64,000 nt of DNA from an uncultured Actinomycetes bacterium (GCA_963819735.1 CAWFXC010000005.1:556460-620459), one strand, 5' to 3'. Counted from the stretch's first letter, positions 30,965 through 41,272 are shown. A program made the numbers and translations. Notes: a model not told the origin generated them from the letters alone.

Positions 30965-33037
30965 TCACGGCATCGGCTTCGCGCCGTTTCCCCCGTCGCT
31001 CTCGTCTTCCGCGAGCTCGGCCGACTCGATCGAGGTTGGGGCGGTCACGGGCACCTTCGGCGGGGCCGGCGGTGGCCCGGCCTGCCCGTTGGTGAGGTAG
31101 CGCATGAGGGTGGCGGCCAAGCCGTCGAACGAACCTCCGCCCCCGCCGGTGACCAGCACCTCGGGGACGACGGTTATGTGGCCGTCGGCCACCGCGTTCG
31201 CCACTGCCACCACCGCGGTGGCGGGCCCGCCCAGCGCCTCCTTCTGCGCGTTGAACCCGATCGCCCGGGCCAGGCCGAGGGCCTCGGTGGCCTTGGCCTC
31301 GCCGAGCCCGATGGCCTGGCGCCGGGCGCCCTCGGCGGCACCGGTGAGTTGCACGTAGGCCGCCTCGCCCTTGGCCTCCGCCTCACGGGCTTCCGCCTCG
31401 TTGGTCTTGATCTGCACGCCCACCTGCGCGCTGGCGAGCTGCGACTGCATGTTGGCTGTGCCCTTGGCCTTCTCCATCTCGATGCGCGACGTCTCGGCGC
31501 GTTGCTGCTCTTCGAACGTGGCCTTCTCCTGGTTGGCGATCTCGCGCTGGGTCAGCACGAGCACCAACTCCTGCGGGAACGCGACGTCCTGGATGTAGAC
31601 GCCCTTGGTCTCGACCTCGTACTGGCTGAGGTACCGCGTGATCGCTTCGAACGCGGCGGCCTGCACCTCACGGCGGGTCTCGATGAACTTGATCGCCTCG
31701 AGCGCCTGCAGCGTGTTGCGGAAGTGGTTGCCCACCGCGCTCTGCAGCACTTCGCTGACCAGGTTGCGCATCGTGCCGACCATCGAGATCACCTTCGGCG
31801 CCTTCGTGTCGGGCACGTGGATCTGCACCTGGAGGTCGATCTGGAACACGAAGCCCTCACGGCTCTTGCCGACGATCGACGAGAGCTGCGCGTCGAGGTC
31901 GTGCGCCTCCGACGTCGCGTCGGCCCAGTTGAGGGTCAGGATGAACGTGGGCACGATCTCCGCCGCGTACACGCGCGGGTTGATCGCGTACTTGCCGGTA
32001 CGGAGTGGTTCCTGCCAGATCCCGCGGTGGCCGGGGCGCACGATCGAGCCGAACTTGAACTCGGTGCCCGAGGTGTCGGCGGTGGGGAGGCCGACGAAGC
32101 CCTTGATCACCGCGACCTCGCCCTGGTTCACCACCAGCATCGGCACGAGGTCGACCCGGATCAGGAACGGGTTCAGGAGATAGGCGCCGTAGAGCAGCGT
32201 GTCGTGCTGCAGCCCGATCTTGCCGCCGGCGTCGAGGAACGCCTGGAAGTCCTGGTAGTTGTTGTGCAACGTGTTCTTGCTGCCGAGCAGCAGGTCGATG
32301 AGCTGGGCGTCGGTGGTGGTGGTGTCGCCGTCGGCATTCGACGCCTCGATCGCGGCGACGTCCTCGAAGCCGCCGAGCCGGCTGGCGATGTCGCCCGAGG
32401 GCAACGGCTCGCCCTCGAGCGCGGTGACCACGCCGACGAGGTCGACGCCTGCGTCGGGGGCGATGATCATCACCCGCAGCTGATCGGGGGTGAGGCCGAA
32501 CGACTCCGGGCTCAGGGAGTTGTTCTTGGCCTGATCGGCGAGCTCGGGCGACACCGGGGCGCCGTAGACCGTCTGCGGGGTGAGCACCAGGAACGCCACC
32601 GGGTGGATCGGCACCAGCGTGCCGGGCGGGAGCACCGGCCGTTGCACGCCCTTCTGGCCGCCGAGGTCGACGAAGCTGTGGAGGTTGGAGAAGTTGGCGA
32701 GCTCGGGCCGGTAGACCGCGCTCTTGGCGCCGATGGGCAGCGGCGAACCGACCTGCGCGATGACCACGCCGATCTCGCCCGCGGGCACCTGCACCCACGG
32801 GTACTTCTTCACGCCGAACAGCGGCCAGAGCTTCACCCGCAGCCCCGGCATCAGCAGCGTGGCCTGGTAGCCGGCCTCGCCACGGAAGGCGATGGGGTTG
32901 TCCTGGCCCAGCTTGCGTAACGCGAACCGCTTGGTGACCAGGCCCACCTCGGTGGCGCCGACCGAGTGGATCGACTTCCACAACACGAACGCGATCACCA
33001 CCACCACGACGATGATCACGATGAGTCCGCTGCCCAT
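30965..33037 (-). CDS. SPFH/band-7 (flotillin-like) family protein
   Basis: The 690-aa product has an N-terminal TM, an SPFH domain, a long Ala/Glu/Gln-rich coiled-coil 'flotillin' region (EEQQRAETSRIEMEKAKGTA...) and a Pro-rich tail. AAAGGCGGAG lies upstream of the ATG. Confidence 0.85.
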   Translation of the reverse strand: MGSGLIVIIVVVVVIAFVLWKSIHSVGATEVGLVTKRFALRKLGQDNPIAFRGEAGYQATLLMPGLRVKLWPLFGVKKYPWVQVPAGEIGVVIAQVGSPLPIGAKSAVYRPELANFSNLHSFVDLGGQKGVQRPVLPPGTLVPIHPVAFLVLTPQTVYGAPVSPELADQAKNNSLSPESFGLTPDQLRVMIIAPDAGVDLVGVVTALEGEPLPSGDIASRLGGFEDVAAIEASNADGDTTTTDAQLIDLLLGSKNTLHNNYQDFQAFLDAGGKIGLQHDTLLYGAYLLNPFLIRVDLVPMLVVNQGEVAVIKGFVGLPTADTSGTEFKFGSIVRPGHRGIWQEPLRTGKYAINPRVYAAEIVPTFILTLNWADATSEAHDLDAQLSSIVGKSREGFVFQIDLQVQIHVPDTKAPKVISMVGTMRNLVSEVLQSAVGNHFRNTLQALEAIKFIETRREVQAAAFEAITRYLSQYEVETKGVYIQDVAFPQELVLVLTQREIANQEKATFEEQQRAETSRIEMEKAKGTANMQSQLASAQVGVQIKTNEAEAREAEAKGEAAYVQLTGAAEGARRQAIGLGEAKATEALGLARAIGFNAQKEALGGPATAVVAVANAVADGHITVVPEVLVTGGGGGSFDGLAATLMRYLTNGQAGPPPAPPKVPVTAPTSIESAELAEDESDGGNGAKPMP

Positions 33038-33134
33038 GGCTCCGCCTTTCCGGCTGACTGATCAGCGTGTGCGCGGCGGCGCCGTGTCCGTGCTCATCGG
33101 CCTGGGTCCGTACGCGCATCGTACAGTGAGCGCG

Positions 33135-33437
33135 ATGTGGGTGGGTCCGGGGCGTCGTCGGGTTCGCGGTCGGGTCGCGAGCGTGACGGCCGCGTTGTTC
33201 GTGGCGCTGTGCACCGCGTCGATCGGGGCGCTGTTCGCGGGCCCGGCGGGCGCCGCCGACGGCGGCCCCTCGTTGACGCAGGTGCCGGTGCGCCTGCACG
33301 AACACGACACCAGCTGGCCGCCGGTCCTCGTGTTCTGCGCGTTGGTGGTGGTGTTCGGCGGCGTCTTCGCCGCCGTCCTGTTCATGCGCCGCGTCCGCCA
33401 GTCGCTGGGTTCGGGGAACGGGAGCCGCTCGCGGTGA
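33135..33437 (+). CDS. small secreted/membrane protein (signal peptide plus C-terminal TM anchor)
   Basis: MWVGPGRRRVRGRVASVTAALFVALCTASIGALFAGPAGAADG ... VLVFCALVVVFGGVFAAVLFMRRVRQ. Its stop overlaps the start of the downstream acetyltransferase as GTGA. Confidence 0.45.
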   Translation: MWVGPGRRRVRGRVASVTAALFVALCTASIGALFAGPAGAADGGPSLTQVPVRLHEHDTSWPPVLVFCALVVVFGGVFAAVLFMRRVRQSLGSGNGSRSR

Positions 33438-34159
33438 CGCCGAGCGACCGCTTCCTCGACCCGCTCCGGCGTGCTGCGGGTGACGCGATCGGTATCGCGT
33501 CGGCCGCGCTCGCGAAGCAAGCCACCATCGGGCCGCGGAGCGCGCGGGCGCGTCGATTCCGCCGGTTCGGTGACGGATCGGCCATCTGCTTTCCCGTCGC
33601 CGCGCTCTACGGCGAGGAGTACATCGAGCTGGGGGAGGGCTGCATCATCGGCCCGTACTCGTCACTGTCGGCGGGCGTGATGCCGGGGCACGTGATCGAC
33701 CACTCGCCGGTCGTCACCATCGGGGACCGCGTGCTGATCGGGAAGGGCAGCGGAGTCGTCGGGCACCACTCGGTCGAGATCGGTGACGACGTGTTCACCG
33801 GCCATCACGTCTACATCACCGACGCCAACCACGGCTACGAGGACGTCACGCTCCCGATCGGCAAGCAGTTCGCGGCGCCACGTCCGGTGCGCATCGGCGC
33901 GGGCACGTGGCTCGGCCACGGCACGGTCGTGCTCCCGGGCGCCGACATCGGCCGCCACGTCGCGGTCGGCGCCGGATCGGTGGTCACCGGCGCGCTGCCG
34001 GACTTCTGCGTGGCCGTCGGCAACCCGGCGCGGGTGATCCGCCGCTACGTCGAGGGCCGCGGGTGGGAGAAGGCGGGCTACTTGGACGACGCCGATCCCG
34101 GCTCCGAGGTCGGCGGGATAGACGGGGTCGCGGCCGGGGATGCCGCGGGCGACGGGTAG
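33433..34159 (+). CDS. hexapeptide-repeat acyltransferase (maltose/galactoside O-acetyltransferase-like)
   Basis: Left-handed beta-helix repeats (IGDRVLIGKGSGVVGHHSVEIGDDVFTGHHVYITDANH...IGAGTWLGHGTVVLPGADIGRHVAVGAGSVV). GTG at 33433 overlaps the upstream stop. Confidence 0.8.
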
Positions 34160-35839
34160 CTCGGCGGCTGGTCGGCGGGCGGGAGCTTGGTGAGCACACC
34201 GATCGACGTGTTCACGTCGAACAGCGGGATCGGGGCCGACGGCCACTGCCCGGGGAGGTAGCGCTTGCCGTCGTCGGCGTAGCGGTAGAGGCCCTTGCCC
34301 ACGGTGCCCACCTCGTCGGGCCCGACGGCGGTCGGGATCCCACCAGATCACGGTGGCGTCGTCGCCGCCGGTGTAGTCGACCCCCGGCCAGATGCCGTGA
34401 CGCCCCCACGAGAAGTGCAGGCGGGTGGGGGTCGTGGTCGGCGACGACGGGAACCGGAACATGCCGTCGCGGAACGTCTGCGCGGTGAGGTGCGGACCGG
34501 CGAGGTGCACGCCGGTGAAGAAGAGGAGCGGGGCCTGCACCAGCTCGCGGAACGTCTTGGCCGCGGGCGGCTGCCCGGTCTGCCAGGTGATCAGGTTGCC
34601 CAGCTCGTCGAGCGCGTCGGTGGTGCGGGCGGGTAGGAGTGACACGCCGAACGCGTGCGCCCACTGCTTCTGGTCGTACTGGCGCCCGAAGATCGCGGTG
34701 TCGGTGTAGGCGTAGCCGAGCACGACCCACTCGGGGAAGTAGCCCTGGGTGGTCGCGTCCTTGGTGAGGAAGGTCGGGAACACCGGGTCGCCGGCGAGGA
34801 TCACGCTGGTCACGCCCGAGCTCTTCAGCTTGGCGATCACGTTGGTCGCGTCCTGTTGCGCGGTGGAGAGATCGAGCGCGTACGGGACGGTGACCGCGGG
34901 TTTCACCTTGTACCCGGCGAGGCGTTGCTCGAAGTGCTTGACGCTCTGGGCGAAGGTGCCCGCGTCGTCGTCGTAGTGCACGACCCCGAACACGCGTCGC
35001 TTGGTCCGCAGATCCTGGCTGCCCGCGTGCGTGGCCTTGCGCCCCGCGAGCTGCTTGCCGACGAACGCGGCCCAGTGTTCGCTCGCCTGCTCGGGAGACG
35101 CGGTCGTCGGCCACACGTAGGGGGCGTGCGAGTCGAGGAACGACTGCGGCTCCGCGATCACGCAGTCGCCGACGCACAGCACGCCGCGGGCCGCGAGCTC
35201 GTCGGCGTACGCGGTGGTCTGGCCCGGCCCGCCGAACGACGCGAAGGCGTGGATCTCGGTGGCCACCTTGATCGCGTCGGCCTTGGCGGCGACGTCGTCG
35301 TCGGGCGCGCCGCTCGCCTTGACGGTGACGAGCTTGACCGTGCGGCCGTAGAGCTCGTAGTGCGCGGAGAAGTAGTCGACGTACTGCTGCGTGGTCTCGC
35401 GTTCGTTGGCCAGGCTCTCGTCGCTCCCGGTGTTCTTGAAGAACGCCTGCTGGAGGAGATCGGGCTGGGCCTGGTAGAGGGCGACGGTGATGGTGGTCTT
35501 CGTGACGCCGGGGGCGGTGGCGCCGCCGTTGTCGCCGCCCTTCCAGGGTGCGACACAGGGGGGTGCGTACCCGCTGGGGACGGCGACCTTGCCGGTGGTG
35601 GTGTCGCAGTTGGGGCCCCAGTCGACCTGCTTGCCTTCGGCCTTGGCTTCGTCGAAGGTGAGCGGGCCCGGATCGCGGCGGGCGGCGCGGGCGGTGTGCG
35701 CCGGGGTCGCGGGCGCGGCGGTGGCCGGGACGACGGTGCTCGCCCCGAGGGCGACGGTGACGGCGACGATCACGGGGCCGACCACCGAGCCGATGGTGGA
35801 GCGAAGGAACGGCCGCGGGACGCGGCGCGGGGGACGCAC
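34078..35839 (-). pseudogene. ABC transporter substrate-binding protein, Leu/Ile/Val-type (PBP1), secreted; -1 frameshift about 34337-34342
   Basis: There is a signal peptide and a PBP1-like fold (FASFGGPGQTTAYADELAARGVLCV...). The frame breaks in gggatccc. The C-terminus (VGTVGKGLYRYADDGKRYLPGQWPSAPIPLFDVNTSIGVL...) continues in another frame. It lies immediately downstream of the fused Liv transporter. Confidence 0.65.
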
Positions 35840-35877
35840 AGCCGGAGATGGTCGCGCGCCGGGGCGGCGTCGGTGGG

Positions 35878-38800
35878 TCAGGTCCCGAGATAGGCGCGCA
35901 CGACGGCGGGGTGGGCGAGGACCTCATCGGCGGGGCCGGTGGCCACGACCCGGCCGAGGTCGAGCGCGAGCAGCCGGTCGGACACCGCGCGGAGCAGGGT
36001 GAGATCGTGCTCGATCACGAGCAGGCTGGCGCCGAGTGCATCGCGGAGGTCGCGCAGCATGGGGGCGAGCGCTTCGGCCTCACGCTGGGCGATGCCGCTC
36101 GAGGGCTCGTCGAGGAGCACGACCGTCGGTTCGTGCGCGAGCACGCAGGCGAGGTCGACGACTCTCCGCGTGCCGGTCGACAGCTCGTGGACGAACTTGT
36201 CGGCGTACGCGCCCAACCCGAGGAGGTCGAGGAGCTCGTCGACCCGGGCGCGCACCGCGGCCTCGGAGCGGCCGACCGCCGGGAGGTGGAGCGCGGCGGC
36301 GACCGGGTTGCGCACCCGGACCGCATGTTCGCGGGCCACCGCGATGGTCTCGCTCACGGTCAGCGCGGGGAAGAGGCGGCCGTCCTGGAACGATCGTCCG
36401 AGGCCCAGGCGGGCGCGGGCGTGGGCGGGCAGGGCGCCGATCTCGCGGCGGGCCGTGCTGCCGCCGCCGGCGTCGGCGTTGGCGTTGGGGTCGACGAGGG
36501 CGACGCTCCCGGCGTCGGCGCGCACGAATCCGGAGATCACGTCGAACAACGTGGTCTTGCCCGCGCCGTTCGGCCCGAGGACGCCGAGGATCTCGCCCGC
36601 GCCGAGGGAGAAGGAGATGTCGTCGAGCGCGACCACACCGCCGAAGTGCTTCGTGATCCCGGTAACGGCGAGTCGGGGTGCGGCGGCGGTCGTGGCCGGT
36701 TCCGGGGCGACGGGGGCCGGGTCACCCCGCGGCGCGGCACCAGCCCTGATGTCGGCGCCCGCACCGGTGCCGGCGCGGCCGCCGCCGAGGAACACCGCCC
36801 GGACCAGTTCGGGATGGTCGAGGAGCTCACCCGCCGGCCCCGCGAAGCGCACTTCGCCCTTGTCGAGGAAATAGGCCCGGTCGGCGATGGCCAACGCGAG
36901 GTCGACCGACTGCTCGACGAGGATCACGGTGGTGCCGCGATCGCGGAGGTCGGCGATGAGGCGCTGCATCCGCGTCACCAACGCGGGCGACAGCCCGAGC
37001 GACAACTCGTCGATCATGAGCAGACGCGGTTGCCCGCGGAGTGCCATCGCCACCGTCAACATCTGTTGCTCGCCGCCCGAGAGATTCCCCGCGCGCTCCC
37101 TGGCGCGTGCCACCAGCGCGGGGAAGATCTCGAGTACCTCGTCGTCGTCGATCGCGGTCGGAAGCGGCGCGGCGCGGCCGCGGGTCCATCCGGCGAGGCG
37201 GAGGTTTTCGGCGACGGTCAGCGAGGGGAACACGCCGTGGCCGCCGGGAGCCTGGACCACGCCGAGGGCGGCGATCCGTTCCGGGCGCGCGTGCGTGGTG
37301 GGCCGGCCGTCGAAGATCACGGAGCCGTGGTCGGGGTCGAGCAGGCCGGAGATCGTGCGCAGCAGCGTCGACTTGCCGGAGCCGTTGGTGCCGAGCAGCG
37401 CCACGATCTCGCCTGCCGTCACGTCGAGATCGACCCCGAACAGGACCTGCACCCCGTCGTAGTCGACGTCGAGGCCGCGCACCACCAGGAACGGATCCCC
37501 CGTTCCGTCGGAGCGAATCGCCGACCGATTCGGTGAAATCGGCCGATTCGCCCAACGATTCGCCCACCGAATTGGCGAATTCCACCGATTCGGCGGCCGA
37601 TTCGGTGCGACGGATTGCGTCGCTCGTATTGCGGCCTCCGGGGCGGGGCGGCCGTCGGGGCCGATCCGCACGTCGGCCACGAGGCTCGGCACCACGAGCT
37701 TGCGCCGGGCTGCGACCCGGCGCAGCGCCAGGTCGCGCACGTCGGCGAACGCCGCCCCGAATCCACCGCGGAACACGAGGAGCACCACGAGCATCCCGGC
37801 TCCGGTGGCCAGGATCTGCCACTCGACCGGGAGCCACCACGTGACGCCGCGCACGAACAGCGCGCCGAGCAGCGCGCCCGGGATCGAGCCGAGACCGCCG
37901 ATCACGACCATGGCGAACACGACCAGGCTCTCGCCCGCGGTGTACGAGTCGAGCTGCAGCCCGTTCTGATGATGCACGAACAGCGCCCCCGCGAACGCGG
38001 CGAGGAATCCGGAGATCGCGAACGCGGCGAGCGTGGTGCGTCGCGGGTTCACCCCGTACACGCTCGCGGCTTCGTCGTTCTCGCGGATGGCGACCCACAC
38101 GCGCCCCGTGCGACTTCGCCGGATCCCGCGCACCGCGAACACGGCGAGGCCGAGCGCGATCAGACAGAGGTAGTAGTACCGACTCTCGGATCGCACGTCG
38201 ATGAAGCCGAAGAGATCAGGACGCTCGACCCGGGCCGGGGGCAGCCAGTCGAGGAGCCGGCCGTCGCCGAACACCTGCGGGTTGAGCAGCCACGACGTGG
38301 TCGCGAGCGCGAGGGCCAGCGTGACCACCGCCAGGGTGAGGCCGCGTCGCCGCAACACCGGGAGCCCGATCAGCGCCGCCACCGCCGCGCCCACCAGCCC
38401 GGCGCCGAGCAGGCCGAGGGACAGGTCCCACCCCCAGCGGGCGGTCATCGAGCCGCCGGCGGCGGCGCCGATGGCGACGAACGCCATCTGACCCAGGCTG
38501 ATCTCGCCGGCCCACCCGGTGAGCACGACGAGCGACAGCGCGATCACGCCGTAGATCACCGCGACCGCAGCCAGATCGGTCCGGCTCTCGGTGAAGACGA
38601 CCGGCACCGCCGCGAGCAGCAGCGCGACCAGCGCCACCAGCCCCGCGGCCGTCCATCGGACCTCGGGCAGCCGCGCCAACTCGCGCGGCACCGGGCGCGG
38701 TTCGCGGATGGCGCGCCAGGTCGAAGGTTCGATCCGGCCGCGCAACCCGGCGCCCACCGGCGTGAGCCACACCGCGACGAGCACGATCACGAAGAGCACC

Positions 38801-39687
38801 GGGTCGACGTACTGCGGCTGGTTCCAACCCCACACCACTGACTGCTCGACGATGCCGAGCGCGATGGCCGCGATCGCGATCGTGGGTAAGCGCTCCATGC
38901 GTCCGATGACGGCGGCGGCCAGCGCGGGTAGGAGCAGCGCGGGCCCGAGCACCGTGCCGATGGAGAGGCCGACGATGCCGGCTCGCAGGAACACGGCCAG
39001 GAAGCCGAGGAGCGACGCGACCATCCAAACGATGGAGTGCACCCGGCGCACGGGGATGCCGAGCAGCGACGCGCGATCGGCGTCGTCGGCGCAGGCCCGC
39101 ATGGCGATCCCCATGCGGGTCCGCAGGAACAGCGCGAGCCCGACGAATGCGAGCGGGATCACGATCAGCGCGACCACGTCGTTGCCGCCGAACCGCAACG
39201 GCTCGATGGTGAACGACAGATCGAAGGGCGCGGGGAAGCTCTGGGGTGGCACCGAAACGTCGAACCAGCGGGGCAGGAGGAGTCCGAGGCCGGCCAGCAC
39301 CTGCGCGAGTCCGATCGTCGCGACGGTGAGGATCAACCGCGGCGCGCGGAAGAATCGGCGGATCACCACGAACTCCACGACCGCACCCAACACGACGGCG
39401 GCCACCACCCCGGTGGTGAACGCCACCAGCCAACTCGCGCCGCTGCTCACCACCAGCAGCACGGCCAACGACGCCGGCGCCGCGCCGAGATCGCCCTGGG
39501 CGAAGTTGAGGATCCGGTTGGCCCGGTACACCAGCGCGAGCCCGAGGGCGAGGAGCGAGCTCAGCCCTCCGAGCAGTGCACCCTGGGCGATGATGCCCGC
39601 CGGCGGCCCCCAGAGGGCCTGGACCAGCACAAAGAACGCGGCGGTTCCGGCGATCGCGGCAAATGTCCGCGTCCATCCGAGCTTCAA
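35878..39687 (-). CDS. branched-chain amino acid (Liv-type) ABC importer, all four domains in one polypeptide: permease (LivH-like) - permease (LivM-like) - ATPase (LivF-like) - ATPase (LivG-like)
   Basis: A single stop-free frame spans about 3.8 kb. TMD1 contains ILNFAQGDLG. TMD2 contains VLTGWAGEISLGQMAFVAIGAAAGG. NBD1 has GTNGSGKSTLL, LSGGEQQML and LLMIDE. NBD2 has GPNGAGKTTLFDVISG, LSTGTRRVV and VLLDEPSSG. The proposed start is the in-frame TTG at 39687 (MKLGWTRTFAAIAG...). ATG at 39963 would overlap the divergent gene at 39727. Confidence 0.7.
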   Translation of the reverse strand: MKLGWTRTFAAIAGTAAFFVLVQALWGPPAGIIAQGALLGGLSSLLALGLALVYRANRILNFAQGDLGAAPASLAVLLVVSSGASWLVAFTTGVVAAVVLGAVVEFVVIRRFFRAPRLILTVATIGLAQVLAGLGLLLPRWFDVSVPPQSFPAPFDLSFTIEPLRFGGNDVVALIVIPLAFVGLALFLRTRMGIAMRACADDADRASLLGIPVRRVHSIVWMVASLLGFLAVFLRAGIVGLSIGTVLGPALLLPALAAAVIGRMERLPTIAIAAIALGIVEQSVVWGWNQPQYVDPVLFVIVLVAVWLTPVGAGLRGRIEPSTWRAIREPRPVPRELARLPEVRWTAAGLVALVALLLAAVPVVFTESRTDLAAVAVIYGVIALSLVVLTGWAGEISLGQMAFVAIGAAAGGSMTARWGWDLSLGLLGAGLVGAAVAALIGLPVLRRRGLTLAVVTLALALATTSWLLNPQVFGDGRLLDWLPPARVERPDLFGFIDVRSESRYYYLCLIALGLAVFAVRGIRRSRTGRVWVAIRENDEAASVYGVNPRRTTLAAFAISGFLAAFAGALFVHHQNGLQLDSYTAGESLVVFAMVVIGGLGSIPGALLGALFVRGVTWWLPVEWQILATGAGMLVVLLVFRGGFGAAFADVRDLALRRVAARRKLVVPSLVADVRIGPDGRPAPEAAIRATQSVAPNRPPNRWNSPIRWANRWANRPISPNRSAIRSDGTGDPFLVVRGLDVDYDGVQVLFGVDLDVTAGEIVALLGTNGSGKSTLLRTISGLLDPDHGSVIFDGRPTTHARPERIAALGVVQAPGGHGVFPSLTVAENLRLAGWTRGRAAPLPTAIDDDEVLEIFPALVARARERAGNLSGGEQQMLTVAMALRGQPRLLMIDELSLGLSPALVTRMQRLIADLRDRGTTVILVEQSVDLALAIADRAYFLDKGEVRFAGPAGELLDHPELVRAVFLGGGRAGTGAGADIRAGAAPRGDPAPVAPEPATTAAAPRLAVTGITKHFGGVVALDDISFSLGAGEILGVLGPNGAGKTTLFDVISGFVRADAGSVALVDPNANADAGGGSTARREIGALPAHARARLGLGRSFQDGRLFPALTVSETIAVAREHAVRVRNPVAAALHLPAVGRSEAAVRARVDELLDLLGLGAYADKFVHELSTGTRRVVDLACVLAHEPTVVLLDEPSSGIAQREAEALAPMLRDLRDALGASLLVIEHDLTLLRAVSDRLLALDLGRVVATGPADEVLAHPAVVRAYLGT
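37511..37620. repeat. 12-bp tandem repeats of the gattcgNNNNcc / cgaatcgg family inside the TMD2-NBD1 linker of the fused Liv transporter
   Basis: gcgaatcgccgaccgattcggtgaaatcggccgattcgcccaacgattcgcccaccgaattggcgaattccaccgattcggcggccgattcggtgcgacggattgcg. It is in frame and translated as PNRWNSPIRWANRWANRPISPNR in the transporter. The motif is the same as at 21811-21895 and 22801-22865. Confidence 0.8.
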
Positions 39688-39726
39688 GTGCTCAAGTATG
39701 CGCGCGCCGCCGTAAATTCCCCGTCC

Positions 39727-40485
39727 ATGCGCATCCGACCGGGAATTCGGCCGAGAACTCGACCGAGTCGACTCCGCGTTCTCCTGGTCGGCGTGGTGAC
39801 GGCCGGCGCAGTGATCGCTGCGACCGCCGGCACCGCCGCGGCCGCGCCGGCGTCGCGGTCTTCGGATCAGCAGTTGGCGAAGGCCGGCGTGCTCGTACGC
39901 AGCGACTTCCCCAGCGGCTGGTCGCAGGCGAAGCGCGACGACTCCTCGGACGACAGCGTCCAACAGGCCGCCACGAAGATCCCCGGGTGCGCGCAGTTCG
40001 TGAAGTTCTCCAAGACCAACAAGCAGAACCCGCGCGCCGAGTCGCCGGAGTTCACGCTCGGGCAGTCGAGCGTCGACAACACCGCGAATGTCTTCCCGTC
40101 CGTGAAGGCCGCCACCGCGGCGATGACCACCTTCGGGAGCTCGGCCCTGCCCGCGTGCCTCGACAAGCTCTTCACCTCGGTGTTCAACGCGCAGTTCGCC
40201 GCCGATCCCAAGACCGCTGAGCAGATCACCGGGCTCGGGGTGAAGATCAATCGTCTGCGTGGGATCAAGATCGGCGACAAGGCCGTGGCTTACGAGGGCG
40301 TGGTCGATGTGAACCTCACCGACGGCTCGACCGAGACCATCGGCCTCGGCTACATCGCGATCCAGGTCGGGCGCGCGGTTTCCGGGTTCACCTACTCGTC
40401 CGACAGCGACATCTCTTCCGCGCTGCAGCCGGCGATCGTGTCGTCGGTCGCCCGCCTGAAGAAGGCCGTCGGTACCTCGTCGTAG
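39727..40485 (+). CDS. secreted hypothetical protein
   Basis: ATG at 39727. The signal peptide is MRIRPGIRPRTRPSRLRVLLVGVVTAGAVIAATAGTAAAAPA. The mature domain is about 210 aa with balanced composition and no recognised family. Confidence 0.6.
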   Translation: MRIRPGIRPRTRPSRLRVLLVGVVTAGAVIAATAGTAAAAPASRSSDQQLAKAGVLVRSDFPSGWSQAKRDDSSDDSVQQAATKIPGCAQFVKFSKTNKQNPRAESPEFTLGQSSVDNTANVFPSVKAATAAMTTFGSSALPACLDKLFTSVFNAQFAADPKTAEQITGLGVKINRLRGIKIGDKAVAYEGVVDVNLTDGSTETIGLGYIAIQVGRAVSGFTYSSDSDISSALQPAIVSSVARLKKAVGTSS

Positions 40486-40495
40486 CGACCGGGTC

Positions 40496-41272
40496 TCACC
40501 CGGGCATCCATACCTGGCCCTCGCGCAACAGCACGGGATCGGTGACCGCCGGCAGGGCGAGCAACTCGTCGGCGTGACGCGACATCACGATCGCCGACGC
40601 CGCGGCGTCGAAGGCATCCTCACTGTCAACCGCGAGATCGTGCAGCGAGCCCCGGAGTCCGGGCTCGAGCCGCGCCAGGTACTCGTGGCGCGCCGCGGCG
40701 CTCGACTTGACCACCACGCCCGTGAGCGCCCGCGGGTAGATCTCGACGACGACCGGCGCCACCGCGGGCGCGTCGAACGGCCAGATCGCGAATCCGGCGG
40801 CGCGCAGCCGAGCCAGCACGGGGAATCCACGGATCGACCCGGTTCCCACGCTGCCCGCCCCGCCGATCTGGAACGTCGACTTGGGCCGGATGCCGCCGAC
40901 CGCGTCGAGCGTGGCCTCGGTGCGGCGCAGGTGTTCCGGGAGCACCGGTCGCGGCTTCCCCGGGCGACCCCAGAACGGAGGCCGGCACTCCCGCAGCCAC
41001 TGCTCGCCGTCGCGCGTCGCCGCGTCCCAGAGATCGGCGGCGCCGGTGTACCCGTGCTCGTCGAGGAACCAAGCGGGGAGCGAGAACGAGAAGTCGAAGC
41101 CGACGACCAGCTCGCGGTCGTGCTCCGCGCGCTCGACGAGATGATCGGCGACCTCCGTGCGGGTGCGGCCACATTCGAGACGCAGCAGCGTGCCCGCGGC
41201 CGCTTCGGCCAACCAGAGGTGACGTCGCTCGCCCGCGGCGCGGCCCGACCAGTCGATCGCCAGCACCGCCAC
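40496..41272 (-). CDS. DUF429 domain-containing protein (predicted RNase H-like)
   Basis: The 258-aa product has an N-terminal MAVLAIDWSG motif characteristic of DUF429. Confidence 0.7.
   Translation of the reverse strand: MAVLAIDWSGRAAGERRHLWLAEAAAGTLLRLECGRTRTEVADHLVERAEHDRELVVGFDFSFSLPAWFLDEHGYTGAADLWDAATRDGEQWLRECRPPFWGRPGKPRPVLPEHLRRTEATLDAVGGIRPKSTFQIGGAGSVGTGSIRGFPVLARLRAAGFAIWPFDAPAVAPVVVEIYPRALTGVVVKSSAAARHEYLARLEPGLRGSLHDLAVDSEDAFDAAASAIVMSRHADELLALPAVTDPVLLREGQVWMPG

Noticed and set aside
33662-35927. 725-aa and 571-aa minus-strand ORFs around the Liv-type substrate-binding protein
   Set aside because: The 725-aa ORF is the binding protein plus an out-of-frame tail after the frameshift, antisense to the acetyltransferase. 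The 571-aa ORF is an Arg-rich alternate frame.
35939-38841. Plus-strand ORFs 35939..36874, 37041..37844, 37615..38841, 38591..39715 and minus-strand 36827..38098, 38216..39676 within the Liv fusion gene
   Set aside because: All are Arg/Ala/Gly/Pro-rich antisense or alternate-frame products. The minus-strand 1361-aa frame carries recognisable permease and ATPase motifs throughout.
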